A DNA stretch of 64,000 bases from Desulfobulbaceae bacterium (lineage in GTDB: Bacteria; Desulfobacterota; Desulfobulbia; Desulfobulbales; Desulfocapsaceae): positions 91,179-155,178 of the forward strand of contig WSXV01000003.1 of the NCBI GenBank assembly GCA_009773475.1, written 5' to 3'. Position 1 is the first letter of the stretch, and every line of letters begins with the position of its first letter. A program made the position numbers and the translations under genes. The notes under the pieces are model-generated. The model was given only the letters and a program-made list of their open reading frames with translations, made no database searches and was not told the DNA's origin. Of the stretch, positions 59,824-64,000 are shown piece by piece.

Positions 59824-60102
59824 GCGTTTTGTTTCATCCAGAGGCGGAGAGGGAATTCAACAAAGCAATAGAATATTAGGAGGAGATTGAAACAGGGCTT
59901 GGGTATGATTTTGCCATAGAAATCTATTCAGCGGGCTGTCGAATTTCCCAAGGCGTGGGCTGTCTTCGATGGTGAAATCAGGCGGACATTGGTAAGGCGA
60001 TTTCCGTTTGGAGTGCTGTACTCTGAAGAACACGAACAAATATTTGTCGTTGCGATTATGAATCTTCATCGTGATCCAGATTATTGGAAACATAGAAAAT
60101 AA
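59820..60102 (+). pseudogene. ParE/RelE-family toxin remnant (in-frame stop plus frameshift)
   Basis: MSVLFHPEAEREFNKAIEY-TAG-EEIETGLGYDFAIEIYSA, then a frame shift to ...FPKAWAVFDGEIRRTLVRRFPFGVLYSEEHEQIFVVAIMNLHRDPDYWKHRK. There is a 4-nt overlap with the antitoxin stop. Confidence 0.6.
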
Positions 60103-60222
60103 ACGGATTGAACGAATCAACTCCATGTTGTTCGAGCGCACTGTCATTTCAGGAAAAACCTGAAGAAACTATCAGGAAAAATGGCCGCACACTTGCCCGG
60201 CATGGTGGTTGTTCCGGCAAGT

Positions 60223-60265
60223 CAAAGCCCCCTCTTAGGTTAAGAGGGGGTTGGGGGGAGTTACG
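60223..60265 (+). repeat. element A, solo copy
   Basis: CAAAGCCCCCTCTTAGGTTAAGAGGGGGTTGGGGGGAGTTACG. Confidence 0.85.
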
Positions 60266-60374
60266 AGTTTACGGCGCTGGTGCCATTACAACCAGCCCTA
60301 TAATTAAAAAATCCTCAAATATAAACAATTCCCATCACCAATTCCCACGCAGACTAACAAGCAACATCAATATC

Positions 60375-61823
60375 ATGGACAATCTCATAAACAAAACCAT
60401 CCTGCCGGTTATCCTTGCAGGTGGCTCAGGGACTCGACTGTGGCCGCTTTCGCGGGAATTATACCCGAAGCAGTTTCTGGCCTTGACCGGGAAGCAAACC
60501 ATGCTGCAGGAAACCGTTGCGCGGATTCTTGACCTGAAAAATATGGCCAAGCCCCTTGTTATCTGCAAGGATAAACATCGTTTTCTGGCTGCCGATCAGT
60601 TGCGCGAGATTGCCTGCGATGCCACGGTTATTCTTGAGCCGGTGGGCCGGAATACCGCTCCCGCCGTTGCGGTTGCCGCCCTTGAGGCAATGAGCGGAGG
60701 CGACGATCCGGTTCTTTTGGTCCTGCCTGCCGACCATGTGATCAAGGATGTGCAACAGTTCAGGCAGGCCGTTGCCCTTGGCCTGGAGCTTGCCGAAAAG
60801 GGCCATCTGGTAACCTTCGGGATTGTGCCGCATCAGCCGGAAACGGGCTATGGGTATATCGCCCGTGGCGAAAAGATATCGACGCAAAATGGTGATGATG
60901 TCGCGTTCCAGGTGAGTTGTTTTGTCGAAAAGCCGGACTTGCCCACTGCCGAGAGCTATGTCGCCTCCGGTCAATACTATTGGAATAGCGGCATGTTCAT
61001 GTTCCAGGCCTCCTCGTATCTCGAAGAGTTGGGCAAGTTTGCCCCGGAGATGATGGCAGGTGTCCGTCAGGCCTACACCAACAAGAGGATCGACCATGAT
61101 TTTCTGTGGCTGGATGAGGAGGCTTTCACCATTTGCCCCAGCGACTCCATTGACTATGCGGTCATGGAAAAGACGGCAAGGTCCGTGGTCATCCCCATCG
61201 ACTGCGGCTGGAGCGATGTGGGCTCTTGGTCGGCGCTGATGGAGCTTGGCGAGCAGGATGGCGATGGAAATATTCTGCAGGGCAATGTCCTTGCCCACGA
61301 TGTGCAAAATTGCTACGTCAATGCCTCGCACCGGATGGTGGCGGCGGTTGGAGTCAAGGATCATATCATTGTGGAAACTGCCGATGCGGTGCTGGTGATC
61401 TCCACGGACAAGGCTCAGGATGTCAAAAAGATTGTTGAGCTGCTCAAGGCTAAAGGGCAAAGTGAGGCGATCTTGCATCGGCGAGTTTTCCGCCCCTGGG
61501 GTTCGTATGAGGGTATCGACAATGCCGACCGGTACCAGGTCAAGCGGATTGTGGTCAAGCCGGGGGCGACGCTCTCGTTGCAGATGCATTATCATCGGGC
61601 GGAACATTGGATTGTGGTCAAAGGAACCGCCAAGGTAACCAATGGCTCTAAGACGATTCTGCTCTGTGAAAATCAGTCAACCTATATTCCCCTTGGCGAG
61701 CAGCACCGGCTGGAAAATCCGGGAGTGATTCCTCTGGAGCTTATCGAGGTGCAATCGGGAAGTTATCTGGGCGAGGATGATATCGTGCGGTTTGAGGACA
61801 ACTATGGCCGCGTGCAAAATTAA
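60375..61823 (+). CDS. manC: mannose-1-phosphate guanylyltransferase / mannose-6-phosphate isomerase
   Basis: PVILAGGSGTRLWPLSR start and a C-terminal cupin domain (RPWGSYE...HYHRAEHWIVVKGTA). The ORF-track start at 60108 reads through repeat sequence. Confidence 0.9.
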   Translation: MDNLINKTILPVILAGGSGTRLWPLSRELYPKQFLALTGKQTMLQETVARILDLKNMAKPLVICKDKHRFLAADQLREIACDATVILEPVGRNTAPAVAVAALEAMSGGDDPVLLVLPADHVIKDVQQFRQAVALGLELAEKGHLVTFGIVPHQPETGYGYIARGEKISTQNGDDVAFQVSCFVEKPDLPTAESYVASGQYYWNSGMFMFQASSYLEELGKFAPEMMAGVRQAYTNKRIDHDFLWLDEEAFTICPSDSIDYAVMEKTARSVVIPIDCGWSDVGSWSALMELGEQDGDGNILQGNVLAHDVQNCYVNASHRMVAAVGVKDHIIVETADAVLVISTDKAQDVKKIVELLKAKGQSEAILHRRVFRPWGSYEGIDNADRYQVKRIVVKPGATLSLQMHYHRAEHWIVVKGTAKVTNGSKTILLCENQSTYIPLGEQHRLENPGVIPLELIEVQSGSYLGEDDIVRFEDNYGRVQN

Positions 61824-61829
61824 TGAAAT

Positions 61830-61872
61830 CAAAGCCCCCTCTTGAGGTCAAGAGGGGGTTGGGGGAGTTACG
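61830..61872 (+). repeat. element A, solo copy 7 nt after the manC stop
   Basis: CAAAGCCCCCTCTTGAGGTCAAGAGGGGGTTGGGGGAGTTACG. Confidence 0.85.
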
Positions 61873-61934
61873 ATACCACCGCACTTCTTCTTTACTTGGA
61901 TAGAAAATATTGCTGTCTCGTTTTAGATATATGA

Positions 61935-62543
61935 ATGTTTTTGTGGATTATGTTTGCTAAATGGAAGCGAATGATGACTGAAATAATAAGAAAGTTAAAG
62001 ATAATCCATCGCTTAGTTAGGGGGTGGCGGGGAGATCTTCTATTATTTATTCTTACTCTTGTGGGGTATATCCCTGTTCATCAGTTTCGCAAATTTATAT
62101 ATCGTTTGAGTGGCATTACGATTGGGAGACAGGTTGGTTTTCATTGGAGGGCTCGGTTTTTTTGTCCATCGAAATTACAAATTGGTAATAATTGCATCAT
62201 TGGTAATGATGCAATGTTGGACGCGAGAAATAATATCATTATCGGGGATAATGTCTCACTGTCAATGGGTGTATGGATTTGGACCCTGGAGCACGACCCA
62301 CAGGATGTATACTACGGAGCAAAAGGCGGACCAGTAGTGATTGAGGACTATGTGTGGGTCAGTTGTCGTGTGATAATCTTACCGGGAGTAACTATTGGTA
62401 AAGGTGCTGTTGTCGCTGCCGGGGCTGTAGTGACCAAAGATGTACAGCCCTATACGATTGTAGGCGGAGTCCCTGCTAAAGAAATTGGCGTGAGAACAAA
62501 AGACTTGCGTTATACGTTCAATTTCCACAAGGCATTTCAGTGA
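61935..62543 (+). CDS. hexapeptide-repeat (LbH) O-acyl/acetyltransferase
   Basis: IGDNVSL..., [43 protein letters not shown]. The start is uncertain (61935 or 61971). Confidence 0.8.
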   Translation: MFLWIMFAKWKRMMTEIIRKLKIIHRLVRGWRGDLLLFILTLVGYIPVHQFRKFIYRLSGITIGRQVGFHWRARFFCPSKLQIGNNCIIGNDAMLDARNNIIIGDNVSLSMGVWIWTLEHDPQDVYYGAKGGPVVIEDYVWVSCRVIILPGVTIGKGAVVAAGAVVTKDVQPYTIVGGVPAKEIGVRTKDLRYTFNFHKAFQ

Positions 62544-62746
62544 GATATAACAGAGTTTGTTTTTGGCGTATGTGCGGTTGAGTCAATCAGTGCTTAAACC
62601 GTACGATTAAATAAATGATGATCAATGTTAGGGTTCATCCTAATTTCCACAGATACGTATTCTTACACGTAATGTGTAAGATCCATTGTTTGTTAATATT
62701 ATTATTCAGTTAGATTGACCGTGTTCCAATTAACAAGTTTCAATAA

Positions 62747-64000
62747 ATGGGTATGAAAAAATATTCTATCGCTAAAAACAAACTGCTCCTTGGGATTTTT
62801 TCGGGTTGGGGAGCGCAAGTTGTTTCACTGGCCATGGGTATTTTTACCATGCCTTTATTTTTCCGTTATTTGCCGAAGGACGAATTAGGTGTATGGATGT
62901 TTTTCTTGGGCACGGGTTTTTTTGTTAACCTTGCGGATCTTGGTTTTTCTCCTGTTTTGGGTCGTCATCTTGCATTTGCGTTGGGTCACGGGGATAAAAG
63001 TTCGACAAACAATTATGAGGGGGCTTCCTATTATTATAGGCTTTCCAAGTATGTTTCTTCAATAACCGCTCCATTACTGTTTGTTTGCCTGTTTCTGGTT
63101 GGCGGGATGTTTATCTGGTCACTGCACCTTTCAGAGGCGCTTTTTGAGTCAAGCATTGTCGCTTGGGCTATATTTTCCCTGTCGCAGGCCGTTACATGTC
63201 ATTTCAAATATCTGGAAACCACGCTTAAAGGGCATGGAGAAGTTGGCTGGCAAAATATGACCCAGACAATAGTTCAGGGGCTAACCCTCCTTGGATATTT
63301 TATCGTGCTGCATTTTCTGATGGGTGGGGTTATTGCGTTATCGGTTGTTATTCTTGGCAGAAATATTGCGAATGCATTTTTGGTATGGCTTTTACTTCAA
63401 AAGCGAATTGATCAGATGCATATGGCCAAAGTTAAGATCGTTTGGCACGATGTAAAACCACATATCCGGCCAGCATTGGATATGTTTCTTCTCACTTTGG
63501 GTGCTTTTCTTATCCTGAATACTGATCAGTATTTTATTGTTAAGTTTCTTGGAACGGCTCAATTGCCGGATTATGCGGCTGCATATCGGTTGGTCCAGAT
63601 CACATATACCTTTGCAGCGACCGCCGCTACTATGTGTGCGCCATTTATTTCCCGGAAGAGCGCGGCTGGGGATCACGCGGGTATTCGTCGGGTACTCATG
63701 TTGAATATCACTGTGGGCATGCTGATACAGCTTGCAGCTGTATCGGTGCTGGCTGTTTTTGGTGATTACGTTATGCAATTCTGGCTTGGTCCAGGGCATT
63801 TTGTTGGTTGGGGGGTGGTGTGGGTGTTTTGCATTATGCTGACATTGGAAAATCATCATGCCATTTTTGCCCATTTTGGCTTGAGCGCAAAAAACGACCC
63901 CACTTGGGGAAAGATGTCACTAATTTCTGGAGCCATAAATTTGGTGTTTACTTTTATTGGCGTTAAGTGGTTCGGTCTAATTGGGGTCGCAGTGAGTACG
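62747..64000 (+). CDS. Wzx-like polysaccharide/oligosaccharide flippase, 3' end beyond window
   Basis: This ORF is not in the supplied track because it has no stop in the window. My own translation from the ATG at 62747 gives 418 uninterrupted codons of multi-TM sequence (MGMKKYSIAKNKLLLGIFSGWGAQVVSLAMGIFTMPLFFRYLPKDELGVW...). Confidence 0.6.
   Translation, partial: MGMKKYSIAKNKLLLGIFSGWGAQVVSLAMGIFTMPLFFRYLPKDELGVWMFFLGTGFFVNLADLGFSPVLGRHLAFALGHGDKSSTNNYEGASYYYRLSKYVSSITAPLLFVCLFLVGGMFIWSLHLSEALFESSIVAWAIFSLSQAVTCHFKYLETTLKGHGEVGWQNMTQTIVQGLTLLGYFIVLHFLMGGVIALSVVILGRNIANAFLVWLLLQKRIDQMHMAKVKIVWHDVKPHIRPALDMFLLTLGAFLILNTDQYFIVKFLGTAQLPDYAAAYRLVQITYTFAATAATMCAPFISRKSAAGDHAGIRRVLMLNITVGMLIQLAAVSVLAVFGDYVMQFWLGPGHFVGWGVVWVFCIMLTLENHHAIFAHFGLSAKNDPTWGKMSLISGAINLVFTFIGVKWFGLIGVAVST

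Noticed and set aside
60108-60374. N-terminal 89-aa extension of manC in the ORF track (start 60108).
   Set aside because: The extension is translated from the decayed ParE remnant and an A repeat (…KPPLRLRGGWGELR…). The conserved ManC N-terminus (PVILAGGSGTRLWPLSR) begins right after the ATG at 60375.
51358-61872. Possible CRISPR array formed by the recurring hairpin repeats of about 43 nt.
   Set aside because: The repeats are separated by whole genes or by irregular spacers of 31-2000+ nt. They come in two inverted types. They are not flanked by a leader or cas genes. They are dispersed palindromic elements, not a CRISPR array.

Overview
This 64-kb chromosomal window has gene content that looks like a Desulfobacterota (deltaproteobacterial) genome; that assignment is inference from gene families only.

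Nt 1-46,400 are mostly housekeeping genes:
- bpt and the AmmeMemoRadiSam radical SAM enzyme.
- A signalling cluster: YihY, a hybrid histidine kinase and an HDOD protein.
- zapB-zapA followed by a candidate 6S RNA, then rny, tyrS and fur.
- glgP, pal and skp.
- The yicC-remA-gmk-rlmB block and mtnA.
- A compact nitrogen-assimilation cluster: amt-amt-glnK-glnD-glnN.
- A ZIP transporter, hemH and a cobA/hemD fusion.
- An SF2 helicase and typA.

Nt 46,400-64,000 are accessory-like:
- Three paralogous PEP-CTERM-type secreted proteins. One is frameshifted, and an IS256-family element lies between the first two.
- A surface-polysaccharide gene set: galE, wecB, a YdcF-like protein, ugd, a UDP-glucuronate epimerase, manC, an acetyltransferase and a Wzx-like flippase that runs off the window.
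- A HepT/MntA toxin-antitoxin pair and a decayed ParE/RelE module interrupt this gene set.

I could not recognise a novel multi-gene protein system. The least explained signal is non-coding and consists of four things:
1. Several structured repeat families. One is a 16-bp hairpin element with four compensatory base-pair changes between copies. Another is a GC-rich inverted A/B element found in nearly every intergenic gap of the polysaccharide locus, always in the same orientation. There are also two REP/MITE-like types.
2. A 3 x 87-bp tandem repeat plus a dyad and a sigma-54-like promoter between glnK and glnD.
3. A conserved leader shared by two PEP-CTERM genes.
4. An orphan intrinsic terminator that implies an unannotated small transcript.

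All homology calls rest on motif recognition by eye. No database search was run.
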